From: Octopus sinensis
Lineage: Eukaryota
Direction: 5' to 3'
Assembly (NCBI RefSeq): GCF_006345805.1
Contig: NC_043000.1
Location: 154,814,001 to 154,878,000 of the forward strand
Length of the DNA stretch: 64,000 bases
Shown here: positions 15,597-29,912 of the stretch, piece after piece
Layout: every line of letters begins with the position of its first letter
How positions within the stretch are numbered: the stretch's first letter is position 1
Translations under genes and position numbers: made by a program
Notes under the pieces: model-generated
What the model was told of the DNA's origin: nothing
Database searches by the model: none
Seen by the model: the letters and a program-made list of their open reading frames with translations, nothing else

Positions 15597-15691
15597 TATT
15601 TGTTATTGAGTTAGAGTTTTCATTTTAAGTGCACTAGAAATTATAAAGTTTTGCTTTCACAACCTAGTAGAACAAAAAAAAAAATTATAGG
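15597..15691 (+). repeat. About 95-bp direct repeat, copy 1
   Basis: tatttgttattgagttagagttttcatttta...cacaacctagtagaac(a)n-tatagg, repeated at 16859-16954 with 2 substitutions outside the A-run and small differences in and next to it. Confidence 0.9.
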
Positions 15692-16284
15692 TTTAAAACT
15701 TCATCATTTATCAAATATATCTGGCATTTGCATTGGGCATTGTAACAGACACACCACATTTCCTCTTCCATTATCAGAGTCTTAAGTTTTTCTAGAGGAA
15801 CCAATATGTTTTCATGTATGCTATTGTTCTTTGTCTGAGTCTTAATCATGGTTTCTAAAGGACATCCACAATTTTATTCTCCCATAGGTTGGTTCCCTCT
15901 GAAATATTATCCCTGCACATGTTATTCTTGCAGCCTTCAATGTGCGTCAATCCAAGCAGACTATTAATGGCATCAATCTTACATATGTATTTATGTATAT
16001 ATTTAAGTAGGTGAATGAATTATCCTAGTATAGATAATTCGGTTAATCGATACCTGGGTAGCAAATTCACATCAGAAAACACGGTTGAAGCTACATGCCA
16101 AGGGCAGAAACCCAGTGTTCTTGAGGCTGATAGAGGTTCCTTGTCTTTCCTGATGAGAAGACGGCATAATGCACCCTTTATTCCTTCGGAATTAAGAGTA
16201 TGCAGTCTTCGAAACATGTGTTGAGAGTAAAGGAATTTTGTTAAAATCTTCGTTCGACTCCATTCTTTCATTTATTCATATGTA

Positions 16285-16349
<65 letters not shown>

Positions 16350-16858
16350 GTGTGATTTGAATTGCATGATACATAACCAGTATTTAGACTCCTGTATGCA
16401 TCCTTGTATATCGAAAGACAAAAATGTGAAGACAACTCATGTATTATAGTCTATCTTCCCTTTTAGTATCTGCATAGTAAGAAAGATCACAGAGTACATT
16501 TAGAAAAAGAAATGGGAGATAGTTTCATAAATTTAAATACATTGTTTATACATGTTTAAGTGGAAATTATAGCCAGATTATGTGATCCAGGCCATTATCT
16601 TCCCTGAAACATAAGATACTATAATTGAGTAATTTGTGAACTCACTCTCCAATTTTGTTTTATTGCCCCTTTCTCCTTCATAACACTCATTCCACCTTGG
16701 TTTTTAAACTGTCACCTGCCATTTTGTTCTCACTGACTATTTTACTTCCTCATCGCTATGTTTCTTTCTTTCACTTGATGAAGGATTACTGTCCGAAATA
16801 TTAAGAAACTTTCTCTTTCTATTAACACTTTAGTGTGTGTGTGTATACGCTTTGATCA

Positions 16859-16954
16859 TATTTGTTATTGAGTTAGAGTTTTCATTTTATGTGCACTAGA
16901 AATTAAAAAGTTTTGCTTTCACAACCTAGTAGAACAAAAAAAAAAAAATATAGG
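16859..16954 (+). repeat. About 95-bp direct repeat, copy 2
   Basis: See copy 1. Both copies are preceded by (GT)n. Confidence 0.9.
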
Positions 16955-17003
16955 CTTGTTCCTCTTGTGTTATCCAGTCTTTTTATTGTCCATTGTATTT
17001 ACT

Positions 17004-17037
<34 letters not shown>

Positions 17038-17039
17038 GA

Positions 17040-17400
17040 TGCAAGCTGTGTGTTTAAGAAGCTTGAATCCCGACCATGTGGTCACACATTCAATCACACT
17101 GAATGGTGTATTGGGTAAGTGTTATCTACTATAACCCTAGGTCAACCAGTTACTATTGAGCACTTTGGTAAATAGAAAGTGAAAGATGTCCAACACATAT
17201 GTATGTATGTATGTATGTATACATGTGTATACATGAACCTTTGTCTTGGCGTCATATAATAGTTGCAAACGAGCATCATCATCATCATACAAGCAGTGTT
17301 GTTTGTTTTTGGTCTTCTGTTAAAAAATCCAGTGATATTGCCTTGCTTGGAAACAGGTGTGGGTTGGCAACAGAAAGGCATTCAGTCATAGTCCTGTCTC
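17040..17400 (+). mobile_element. Hybrid SINE (family A head plus RTE-like tail), degraded
   Basis: gctgtgtgtttaagaagcttgaatcccgaccatgtgg head, an internal (TATG)n, and a tail ggttggcaacagaaaggcattcag resembling the RTE 3' motif ggttggcgttaggaagggcatccag. Confidence 0.6.
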
Positions 17401-18755
17401 AATGAATTCCATTTAACATGCAAGCATGGGAAAGTCATTAAAATGATTATGTATGTATAGGTGTGTGTATGTGTGCAAGTGTGTAAATATATGCATGTAT
17501 GTATGTGTATGTATGTATGTATGTATGTATGTGTATGTATGTATGTATGTATGTATGTATGTATGTATGTATGTATGTATGTATGTGTATGAATGTATGT
17601 GTGTGTGTATATATATATATATATATGTATGTATATGTACATATATATATATATAAATATTTAGATATATGTATGTATATATATGTGCATATTTACACAC
17701 ATACACACATATATAAATGTATAATTCTTAGGAAGGGTATTTCAACATAAATATCATGCCAAAAATGAAACATGTAATCAATATGTTGTTACTTGACAAA
17801 TCTAGGAGGGTAGTGACTCCAGATCAGAACTGAATCAAAGAAGAATAACTCATTTATCCCTTGTCAACCTGGAGAGTAGACATGATGGCCATGAAATGGC
17901 GGTGATTATGATATATGATATTTATATTCAAAGGATTAAAAATTATATTGAAAATCAAAGGAATAACTCCCATGGTCATGTTTTCTCAATAGAATCCCTG
18001 ATTTCAAAGGAATTCCTTATATTCAGTTTTGTTTATATACTTAACATTTGAATAATAAAACTGCTGGGTTAGAGTAGCATTTTATAGGTTCTATTTCCAT
18101 ACATCTAAATTTATACACAATAGATCTATGTATAATTAAAATCATATGATTATAAAATTTCGTATATAATTATGTCTAATTTATATTTTGTGATTTTAAA
18201 AATTTATCAAGCAATCATGTAATTATATTAAATATCTTATATAAAATTTATGTATATATAAAATATATACAATAAATATACAAAAGTTTATGAGAAACGT
18301 ATATCTGCTACATACTACCATATATAAATGAATTAAATATGTTTCAATATATCAATATAGTAATCCATATATATATGTATGTATGTAGGTATGTATATAT
18401 ATGTATGTATGTCTATATATATCTATACATAGTCGCACACATGCTTACCTCATATACTCATGCACATACGCATATACAATTCATGACAGTGTAATAGGTT
18501 TCAATACTTCTGGTTAAAATTGGTAAAAATATTAAGAGGGAGACTTAAGCTGTCTGCCGTGATATTTAATAAAATACTGACAAAGATGGAGTCAACACCT
18601 GATTGGCTTACTGAAAGTTAAAAAAAAGATATCTTAACCCTCAAAACTAAGAATAAGTAAACCTTCAAACTTGTAACCATAAACACATATATATGTACAC
18701 ACACATATATGTACTTATATATATGTATGTATATGTACATATATACATGTATATA

Positions 18756-18824
<69 letters not shown>

Positions 18825-19945
18825 CGTAGCTATCTATCTATCTATATACATGAGTGATCACGTGCTTATATAGTCTAACATATTTACATTTGCATATACA
18901 CACCTTTTAGAACAGCTAAAATCTGTAAGATTTTAATGTCTTATGCATGCTAGAGATAGTTATTTCATAATGTTGATGGGTATCAGTGTGTTAGCTAGAA
19001 GTTTCCATATACATTTGGCATTCATATATTGTAGTGTTTATTTCCTAAATATGGACATTCTATAGTTAATACGTTCCATTTGAAGTCGTAAGGAATTTTC
19101 CTAGTTTTCAGATCTCAGAAATAACTTGATAATGTCAAGTCATATCTTCTAAATGGTCCAAAATCTTGGTTTTGAAAATATGAGAAGTAAAATCTACATA
19201 AGCCTTTGATGATTGATGAGTTAGCATTGAGCATTCATAAATTATATTTTCTGCTAAGCAATTGGAGTCAAAGTTACATGACATGTACTTGGGTTGTGAA
19301 AGAGGAAAGTTTTGAGTGGTGGAGTAAGAGATTTGAATTGTATTTCTATTGAAAATTTGCTACTATCTATATTCTAGTGGGATCTGTTTCCTAATGAGTT
19401 TGAAGAAAACCTTTACTATCAGAGTGGCCTTGCAAGGTTAAAGAGTGAGTTATATCCAATATATAACTTTTACCTATCCATCTTTTCTCTCACCAGAATG
19501 TATTTTTATTCCTCCTCTCAGTATTTGCACAACTTTGGATCTATTAGTTTTCGTTTTCATTTTCCTTCAACATGGAGTACTGCATAACAACTATTTCCCT
19601 CATCTTACCATGCTGTGCTACTCGACCATTCTTTCTGATCATGGATTTACCTAAAGAAGACCCCCAAGACATAATGAACTACAATGAATATCATTGATGA
19701 GGAACATTCTTCCACTGACTAACCTACATTTCTCGAATGATGGAATACTCAACTTATAGAGTCTTTGCTCAATAAGATGCTCCAGTAACTGGGATATCCC
19801 AGAAACAGCTGTCAGAAACTATCTTTGCTATTTTCAATTATTTTTACTATTTGTTGTGTAGATGAATTTTAGATTGAATTAAATGAAATTAAATATACTA
19901 GTCCCGTATTGCCTAATTGTTTACCTTTCCTCACTAACCTATATC

Positions 19946-19974
<29 letters not shown>

Positions 19975-19979
<5 letters not shown>

Positions 19980-20290
19980 TTTTATTCTTTTATTTGTTTC
20001 AGTCATCGAACCTAGGACTTATTCTTTGTAAGTCTAGCACTTATTCTATCAGTCTCTTTTGCTGAACTGCTAAATTACGGGGACATAAACACACAGCATC
20101 GGTTGTCAAGCAAAGGTGGGGAGACAAACACACACACACACATACATATATATGGTGGGCTTCTTTCAGTTTCCTTCTACCAAATCCACTCACAAGGCTT
20201 TGGTCGGCCTGAGGCTATAGTGTAAGACACTTGCCCAAAGTGCCATGCAGTCCCCACGTGGTCGGTAAGCAAAATACTTACCACAGCTAC
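19975..20290 (-). mobile_element. SINE family A, degraded and internally deleted
   Basis: Tail ttgtttcagtcat, the taccaaatccactcacaaggctttggtcggcc block, and a head fragment. Confidence 0.8.
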
Positions 20291-20701
20291 ATATATGTAT
20301 AAATCATTATTACTATTGTGCTATTCCACACACACAACCAGAATATCTGGTACTCCCCTTACTCATTTCAGGTCCCTGCCCCACTCATTCCTAACCATCT
20401 CCTATCTTTAAGATACCATCCTGAAACCCCATATCACTATTTTTTTTTATCACTTTCCAGTTTTTTTTCAGTCCTTATCTTAGTATAAAATTTCAATCTC
20501 GGTCTGTCCATAGCTCTTACTTAGCACTCTTACCTGCCACTCTTTGGGTCTTTTAGATACCCATAACTCTCACATATATATATATATATATATACACACA
20601 TCTACATACACGTTTATGAATTTGTGTTGCAAGACTTCTGATGCAAAATCATGTGTTGAAACAGATATTATTGTGTTTAGGAATGGTCATTTTTTTGCGA
20701 A

Positions 20702-20732
<31 letters not shown>

Positions 20733-21299
20733 TATATATATTATATACATGCACACACACACACACACACGTGCGCGCGCACACACACACACACATACAT
20801 GTATACATTACATACCATGATGGTTTCTGGTTGTAAAAGCAATATATTTATTTGACCTATGTTAGCACAAATAATGTATAACAATGAATAAATATATGTA
20901 TGTATGTATGTATCTATCTATCTATATAGCATGATAACATGATATTCTGCAACTATGTCTACACTTATGAATATGCTAGATAGTGGACACTTAAATTTAA
21001 ATGGATATAAATACATGAACGTAGTGATGGGGGGGGGGTTAGTGTTGTGTATTGTGCATGCATGTTTGTATATTTTGTTTACACTTAGGCAGCTGTCATG
21101 AGAAATGACATAGATCAGTAAACATATGTGCCAATATTACTAAATGTATTATGCAAAATAATTAACTTCATAGAAATTATATGATCCTTTTGTAGAGAGA
21201 TAATTATAACTTGGCTGTTATCCCTAAGCTTGGAACAACTTGTTATAAATGAGAATAGAAAGCGTACACATGTACAGAAATGGAATAAAAACTACATTG

Positions 21300-21434
21300 G
21301 TATATCTATATCTATATACATATATATTTATATATATGTATGTATATATATATTTATATATATGTATGTATATATACATATTATATATATGTATTATATA
21401 TATATTATTATATATGTATGTATATATATATATT

Positions 21435-21465
<31 letters not shown>

Positions 21466-21508
21466 TTATATATATGTATGTATATATACATATATATATA
21501 TATGTATG

Positions 21509-21539
<31 letters not shown>

Positions 21540-21602
21540 GTATTATATATATATATATATGTATGTATATATACATATATATATATATATGTATGTATAT
21601 AC

Positions 21603-21646
<44 letters not shown>

Positions 21647-21795
21647 ATATATGTATGTATATATACATATATATATATATGTATGTATATATACATATAT
21701 ATATGTATGTATATATATATATATATATATGTATGTTATATACATATATATATATATATATATATTATATATGTATGTATATATATATAGATATA
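21300..21795. repeat. About 500-bp (TA)n/(TATG)n microsatellite
   Basis: Seen directly. Confidence 0.95.
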
Positions 21796-22122
21796 CATAC
21801 CATGCACAAATGAATTATTATGAAGGCATATGAATATAAGAAGGAATTGGCTGATAATGAATGTGAATATATATGCAAGTATTTATGTATGTGTGTGTAT
21901 GTGTGTGTTTGTGTATACATGCACACACATAAATATGTGTGTGTATGCATGTGTATAGATGTGTTGTGTATGATTAGGAAAAAAAATAATAATCTGTGAA
22001 TGTTGAATTTGTTTTGCAAGAATTTTGATCTGAATCTGTATGTTGGAACCAATATTAATAAGTCTCAGAAGCTTCATACTAATAAAAACTGTGAACACAC
22101 TCACTGGAAAAAGCTAGAGATC

Positions 22123-22255
22123 ATCATCACCATCGTTTAACGTCCGCTTTCCATGCTAGCATGGGTTGGACGATTTGACTGAGGGCTGGCGAACCAGATG
22201 GCTGCACCAGGCTACAATCTTGATCTGGCAGAGTTTTTACAGCTGGATGTCCTTA
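22123..22255 (-). mobile_element. RTE LINE 3' end fragment (family C)
   Basis: (cat)n-cgtttaacgtccgctttccatgctagcatgggttggacg, the reverse complement of the (GAT)n-tailed 3' end seen at 59345 and 61870. Confidence 0.85.
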
Positions 22256-23419
22256 ACTAGGCATGTAAAATCATATGTATGAATTCATATATGCATGTCA
22301 GAATCATTTTACCCTCACTCTTTCCATGTGGTACTTTTCCATGTGGCAGTTTTGGGGGCAGAATCCCTATGGTTAGATGCTCTCCTTCATGGCAACCTTT
22401 CTATTTAAGTATCAAACTTTATCTACCTGGACATTTTATTCAACTGGAGTTTTCCCATTGAACTGCTGAGCTACAAAACATTTGGTTTATGCAAGAAACA
22501 GACAAACTTTACAACTGTCCAAGCAATGCCAATCTTAAGACAAAACCTCCTCACATGTATACCTATGTATACATGCATATACCTATATAGTCATATTCTT
22601 ATATGTTGTAAGTTTCTGTTTGGGATCACGGACAGCATATCCATTTAAGACCTATTAAATTCATAGTTTATTTTGAATTCAGTGGCACTGTGCCATCTAA
22701 ATGGGAATAGATGACATTTGTGAGCACTATCAACCCTGCAAAAGTAGCAATGTATTTCCTTAATTCTAAAGGATGTGTTTACTCATCCTCTTCTCCCGTG
22801 GCTAAGGTGAGACAGACATTGGGCCAGTATCCCACTCTACTTAGAACACAAAGTGCTGCTGGTAAAAAGTTGGTTACAATGCAGCTGGTGCAGTTAAGTA
22901 TTTAGAAAATAGAAGAAAACAGAAGATGCACAGGTATTTAAATATGTATTTTTTTACGTGCAGATATAAATATAAATGTGCATGTATGAGTGAATTTTTA
23001 TACACATAAATATAAATATTTACATATAAATGACTTCTATATAAATACACACACAGTCACACACACACACACACACACAATCATTAATCTGAATGCATAC
23101 GCACTGGAGGAAGAATCTAACTTTTATGGTTCTTAAGAGACACCATACCAATAAGAGCTAGTAAGAGTTAAGCATCTTGTAGTGGACCATCATTATTCTC
23201 ATTCAGCTAGAAATGTGAGATATCTCTGGTTCTTTCTCTAGATATCTTTGAGAATTGTTGCTGGTGTGTACCTTCCGGAGAAAATATTAAATACAGCTTA
23301 GGCATACCATAAATCCGACATCCTTCAGATTTCTTCTTCCAAAAATATTGCATCTTATATATATAAAAAATATGTATAAATGCTCTCAAAAAAAGACACA
23401 CAGAGTATAACGCTTAAAT

Positions 23420-23456
23420 TCAAAATTTCACACACACACAACACACACACACACAC

Positions 23457-23548
<92 letters not shown>
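23420..23548. repeat. (CA)n tract
   Basis: About 125 bp of near-pure CA repeat. Confidence 0.95.
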
Positions 23549-23553
<5 letters not shown>

Positions 23554-23559
23554 TTCATG

Positions 23560-23935
23560 ATGCTGCCCTCATTCCCTCCCTGCCATGAAGTCAGTCATTT
23601 TGGGACTCTTCACAATTGGAGCTCCAGTTTTGTTTTGAAGACATCTACACCCATATTGTGTAGTTCTTTCAGCTCCTTCAGGAAGATGATGAAGTGCTGT
23701 GGGCCCTTGAATGCCAAAGTATTGCAATATCTGGTCCTGTATTTTGAGAGCAGGGAAAGGATTTTAGACATTGTGCAATAGCACCCTGTTCTTGTGTTTG
23801 TACAATGCAAAAGTTTGGAACAAGTCCTTCCAGGACTTTCCAAATGTATATTGCAGTATATCTTTCCTGCATTCATTTCAGAGATTAAAGGCTAAACCTC
23901 TTAAGTCTTTGGCCAAAAAATCTCAACTATATCTT
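23560..23935 (-). mobile_element. CR1/L2-group LINE 3' remnant (same type as 10520-11380)
   Basis: ...RLKRFSL*SLK*MQERYTAIYIWKVLEGLVPNF, compare the LxxLxLYSLERRRERYxxIYIWKILEGLVPN motif. Confidence 0.8.
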
Positions 23936-24221
23936 ACCTTCTTAATCTAATCATAATTCCTTTGCTTCTTGAATTAATTATATCATTTTCTTCTAAGATC
24001 TACTTTTAAGATTCTGGTGGTTTTCATTGCTTACAAAAGAAACTTACTGTTGTACAGTAAGTACGTGCATGTGTGTATGTCAAGCTCTCTCTCTCTATAT
24101 ATATACATACAAACATATATAAGTACATATGCATATAGATAACTATCTATATTTATAGCTGTCTATCACACACATGCACACACATACATGTATGTACAGT
24201 ATAAATATATATATAATATAT

Positions 24222-24380
24222 TTCTTTATTACCCACAAGGGGCTAAACATAGAGGAGACAAACAAGGACAGACAGAGGGATTAAATCGATTACATCGACC
24301 CAGTGCATTACTGGTACTTAATTTATCGACCCCAAAAGGATGAAAGGCAAAGTCGACCTCGGCGGAATTTGAACTCATAA
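24222..24380 (-). mobile_element. SINE family B1, 5'-truncated
   Basis: tttctttattacccacaaggggctaaacatagagg...aaggcaaagtcgacctcggcggaatttgaactc, the reverse complement of the 38138 copy. Confidence 0.9.
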
Positions 24381-26316
24381 TAGCCACAAAGAAAGGAAAT
24401 ATCTATGTGGCAGGTTCAGTTCCTTTATTGAAGGGGAGAAAAAAGTGTTCCATGTGCTGTAATCTAGTTACCCAAATTCAAAATTTTTTCACCTTATAAA
24501 AAGTATATATATTTGTAACCTGTAATAATAAATACAAATATTAAGCTAAAGCAGTAGAGTGCATACCCAATTTGAAAGCTAGGATCTATGTTCACAACCA
24601 TAGATGCCACACATGTACATATATTTGTACATTTGAAAAAGGATTTTGAAACCATTATATATAAAATAGTTTTGTTGTAATGAAAATAGAAGTATACATA
24701 AGCCTTATGTATATTCATATGAAAATGAATATAATTTCTTCCAAGTCATTCAGAAATTCTTCATAAACATTGTTTTTGTTTTTAATAAAAAAATCACTAA
24801 AAGCAGAAAAAGTAAAATAACATGATTCTTCAAATATAAATTTTTAATTAGTTTAACAAGAAACATTTTAGGACAAATTGACTTTGTAAACTATTGCCAG
24901 AATTCACTTTCCAAATTCATGGAAATTTCTCAGAAAGAGGAAGTTGCCCTTCATTCAGTTGTCTGAGGTTATTTGAAGTTAGTCATGTTAACCTAGCTTG
25001 TTCTGTATTTTGATATATATATATATTTATATATATATATGTAAATTTCATTCAACATTAAATCAGATTTCCTTCCATGGTATGCTTTGTCCCATATGTC
25101 TGCAAAAATCATAGGGTAACACAAATCTGCTCTACCCACTTCATTTCTGCCAATTATGCTATTTTAGTGAAACCAAGATGGTTATTTTTTTCACTTATAT
25201 TATAATTTTATTACTTCTTATATGTTTTTGATGAAGGACAACTCTCCAAAAACGTTTGATAAACGTAGTAAAGTTATTTATGATAAGTAAAATACTTGTC
25301 TTTTTTGTTACATGAGTTGTTTTATGCCAGTGTTTCCAAACTGTTTTCCTCTTCATCTTGGATGTTCAGCATAATAGAGACTAAGATAAAGATTCAGTCT
25401 ATAATGATGAAAATATTCCCACCCTCAAATAATAACGTTAAATTACTTGTTTGTAATTTAAAGCAATTCCTTATTTGTGATCAAATCTGAGCAAGGGCAA
25501 TCACTGCTCACTTTAGTTTGTAGTACCTTTATCCAAATACCACAATGACCTGAAGTGAAACCTTTTGATAACAGTATATCAAGGGATTAATGACAGGGGC
25601 ACAGAACAGTGAAAACTGAGGACGGCAGTCTATACCACTTCCAGGTAAATTTGAGCAGTGAGACAGCAGCATCTTACTAGCCAGTTATTATTTCATTTTC
25701 TTCTTCCTTGTTCATTTTTGCAACTGGTCAACAACTGTTTGAAATCTATTTCACAGTTCCTGCATGGTGTTATAAAAATTGTTATCAGTCATTTAAATAT
25801 ATGATATTTTTCTTTTTCTATAAAGCATTGTTAATGATTACATTATAGAATCAGTGAACATGTTTCAGTACCCTTGCCATGACACTGGTTTTCATAGAAT
25901 AAATTCGTTTCTGAATAAATATCAAATATATTCAATATCTCCAAATTTCACAGATTTTTGTATTACTTCAGTGAAATTTTTGAGCAAAAGGATTTTGAAG
26001 AATAAATAATTGATACAAATAACTGATATGAAAAATCGATATGAATATATATATACACACACACATATGTGTATCTATATATGTATGTATATGTATACAC
26101 ATATATATACATATATATTATTTCTTGATGTATAAGAAAATAAAGAATATGGAAATAAACATTGGAATGGAACAATTAAAAAAAAATATTTCTTTATTTC
26201 AATAGAAATGATATTATGTAGCTTAAATGGATAAAAAAAAATCATGAATTATATCTACTGTCTAAAGCCTCATATAACAGTGATTATATATGCGTGCATG
26301 TATGTGTGTGTGCGTG

Positions 26317-26356
<40 letters not shown>

Positions 26357-26483
26357 CATATATATATATATATATTGAGTAGAGCCATAATAAAAATGAT
26401 GCAAATAAAAAAAACAATAGAAAAATAATCAAGCATACAAAGTCAATATAATTTCACTCAGGGGCAAAGGAATAGAGGAGAAA

Positions 26484-27856
26484 TGACCATTTCAGACAAA
26501 TGTCTTTCATCAAGAACATAAGAGATGTGGTGGTGGTGGTGGTGGTGGGGGAGAAGAATGATATTAAGAGGAGAAACTTCCAGTGATTCAGATAAAGCAA
26601 TAGGGTGACTTGCTGAACAGAAGTGGCAAAAGTGTTAATGTGTAGATTGGAGTTTGCTACCGAAAGAGCAAGTGCTAAGAGAGATAAATGATTTAAGCAT
26701 GGAAAGGTGTAAGAAAGTGTTTGAGCATGTTATGTATGTGTGTGGGAGTTATGCACTAGATAACCCCTGTAGTATTATGAATGTAGGTGTGGAGATATTT
26801 AGGCATGTGAGGACATTTATGAGTGTTTTTAGAGGAAGTGTTTTTAGAGGAAAGTAACTTGATTAACAGCAAGATTAGCTATGAGAAACTTAATTGTTCT
26901 TCTAGATGCGTGTGGGAAATGGAAGATCTGTGGTGTTGTATAACACTGCAGATGGCAAAATGCATCTAGGCTTGCAAAACTGAAATGACAGGCTATATAC
27001 AACAAATACTTCCTAAAATGTTTAGCCAATGTGTTATAGAATTTGCAATAAATGATATTCTTGGAGGTACAGTGAGTATAATAAAAGGATAAACTAATGG
27101 TGGAAACAGTGAGTATAATAAAAGGATAAACTAGGCCTGTGTAAGATAGTGATGTTTTGCATGAATGTACAAATGTTGCAATGGGAGTGGTAGCAGACAA
27201 AGTACCCTGGTTAAAAAAACTGTGGATCAGAAAATGATGATTGCAGTTGCTTCTGTTGGAAGAGGGTATTCAAGAAAGGTCTGTGAAAAGTGAGATCAGA
27301 TTGGAGGGAACAGAGTTTCCATCAGATAATTCCTTGGAGATGTAAGGTTGCTAGATAGTAGCTGAGTAGATGGCAATTAATTAATAGGATAGTGGTATCA
27401 TTAATAATGCAGAGGCAATACCAAAGAGTGTCAGAAACTGGTTGAAAATAATCATGTTTGACAGAGTGAAATATGTTATGTAACTGAACATCAAGAAGAG
27501 TCTTGACTGTAGATGTAGTGGAACTGTGAGTGGAGGATAACATAGTTGAGTGGGATGAGGTAAAATCAAGATAGGAGTGGGAAATTGTGGGTGAGTAAAA
27601 AATGGAATTGGAGAGGTTGGGCAGTCAGTAAAAATGGAGATGTGTAGAAAATTAACAAAGGTAGTGAAAAAAGAGAGAGGGTTAACGGGAATTTCGGGGA
27701 AAAGAGGAAAGGAATTAATAAAAGCAATGAAGGAAGTGAGCTCTTTAAGTTTTGAGAAGGGGAAGAAAATTTGGGCCCACTAAAGTGATTGACATAGGAA
27801 GAAGATTTGGGCCCTCTAAAGTGATTGGCATAGTTGGATCCTATCCCACTGTCCAT
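26484..27856 (-). mobile_element. Highly degraded Penelope-like element (RT plus GIY-YIG remnant) ending in a hammerhead-like motif
   Basis: GSNYANHFRG (compare the PLE RT motif GPxYANLFMG), then HCTSKNIIYC..KHFRKYL..IACHF (compare GIY-YIG FTCTSxNVIYC..RFxEHL..VAxHF), then a TTGATGA-stem-GAAA-TGGTC motif at 26485-26513. Motif matches are from recall and are weak individually. Confidence 0.5.
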
Positions 27857-28442
27857 TGCTACACATTATCTACCATACACACACAAGTGCACATTACCCA
27901 TCTACTAAATACCCACCCAGATACACTTTATGTTCTGTCCACACTACCCACACAAAAGCACACTTCATCCATATTTATTCTTTGGAAAATACACACATAT
28001 GCACACAACAAACAATTATCTACATACCCTAAAATACATGTCATGCCCACACACTTCCTCACACATTCCTGCACTTAACTGACATATCTTTAATAGTTAT
28101 TGGTATTTTTGTTGTGAACTGCCATTCTATACTCTTCTACACTGCCCACTTCTGTTTTACCAATTAACCATGTTCCTTTAATGAAATCATGATGATATTT
28201 TTCACTTAAATTTAAATTTCAGATTTTACATTAAGTTCTTGATGAAGGACCATTGTCTGAAATGTCAAATACCTTTACACATAGAATAAATATATTGACT
28301 CTATACTCTTGTTCATGGTTAGTGTTATTTCTTGATTTACTTGTTTTTCTCATGACTCTGCTTTTGAATATTCTCTTGTCATACTGGCAAAATCTGCATG
28401 GATCACGACCGGATATACATACATGCACAGACAGACAGACAG

Positions 28443-28480
<38 letters not shown>

Positions 28481-28519
28481 TTATATGAGTATCCATACAT
28501 ACTATACTTACATGCGCGC

Positions 28520-28580
<61 letters not shown>

Positions 28581-28979
28581 ATACACACACACATATATAT
28601 ATATTTATGTGCATACACACACATATACACTCATTTATACAAATATATACACAGATACTCACACTCATACACATGTACACACGCACACACATACACAAAA
28701 GCTGAGGATAAAGCATGAAAATAGAACTTTCCACTATCTAGTCACAATATGGGTAGCTTTCTAAAACATAACTTAAACGAAAACGAGATACAAAATATTA
28801 TGTGAATGTTTCAAAATAAAATGATGTAGAATAATATGAAATAAAAAAATGTGGGGAAGGCTGAGAATTTTTTCCATTTATAGATGAAGGAAAATAAATA
28901 GTGGTATTATTCAATGATGAACGATTAATAAATCATTTTAATAATGATGTAATTAGTATAAAAATTTTCTTTATAAGAT

Positions 28980-29040
28980 TTTTTTATGTGCGTGTATTTG
29001 TATGCATCTGAATATATGATTGTTAAACTCTATGGAGTTC

Positions 29041-29077
<37 letters not shown>

Positions 29078-29333
29078 CACACACCACACACACACACACA
29101 CACCACACATATATATATATACATACATATATATATATACATATATTTATATGCATATATATATATACACACACATAGATATATTTATAAATTCACATAC
29201 ACGCATATATATATATATATATAATATATATATATATACATACATATATATGAATATATTTGCATATGTGCATATGTATGTGATTGTGTGTGAATGTATA
29301 CTCACAGATATACACATATGCATATATATATAC

Positions 29334-29391
<58 letters not shown>

Positions 29392-29590
29392 GCACATACA
29401 TATATATATATATATATGTACATACATATATATATGTATACACACACACACACATATATATATTTACATATATATATACACAAACACACACACATATATA
29501 TATATATATATACACACACATATATATATATATATATGTATACATACATCTATATACATATATATGCAAGTGCATATATAAGTGTGTGTA
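28980..29590. repeat. Compound (TA)n/(CA)n microsatellite
   Basis: Seen directly. Confidence 0.95.
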
Positions 29591-29912
29591 AATTAGCTCG
29601 AAAGTCTGTGTATAAAATGAGTGGAAATGCATAATTGTGCAGATTAGCGGAATTTACACATGCATGCACCATACCATACATATAGGAAATCAGATATAGA
29701 TTTGAAAAAAAAAACTGCCACAAAGTTCAAATGATGTCGCCACAGCAAACAGCAGAATGATAAACCATTGGAAATAGATGGATAACTCCCACCAATTCAA
29801 TTGTTTTAAGTAGAAATCTTTGGAAAAGTAAACTGGATGCCCAAATATCATTACCCATATCAAGTTGATAGTACATATATGTGTTTGTATCCATATCTGT
29901 ATATATATATAT

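Noticed and set aside
793-29634. Dozens of 60-200 aa ORFs rich in Y/I/H/T/M/C/V
   Set aside because: They are translations of (TA)n, (CA)n and (TATG)n microsatellites, which lack stops in some frames.
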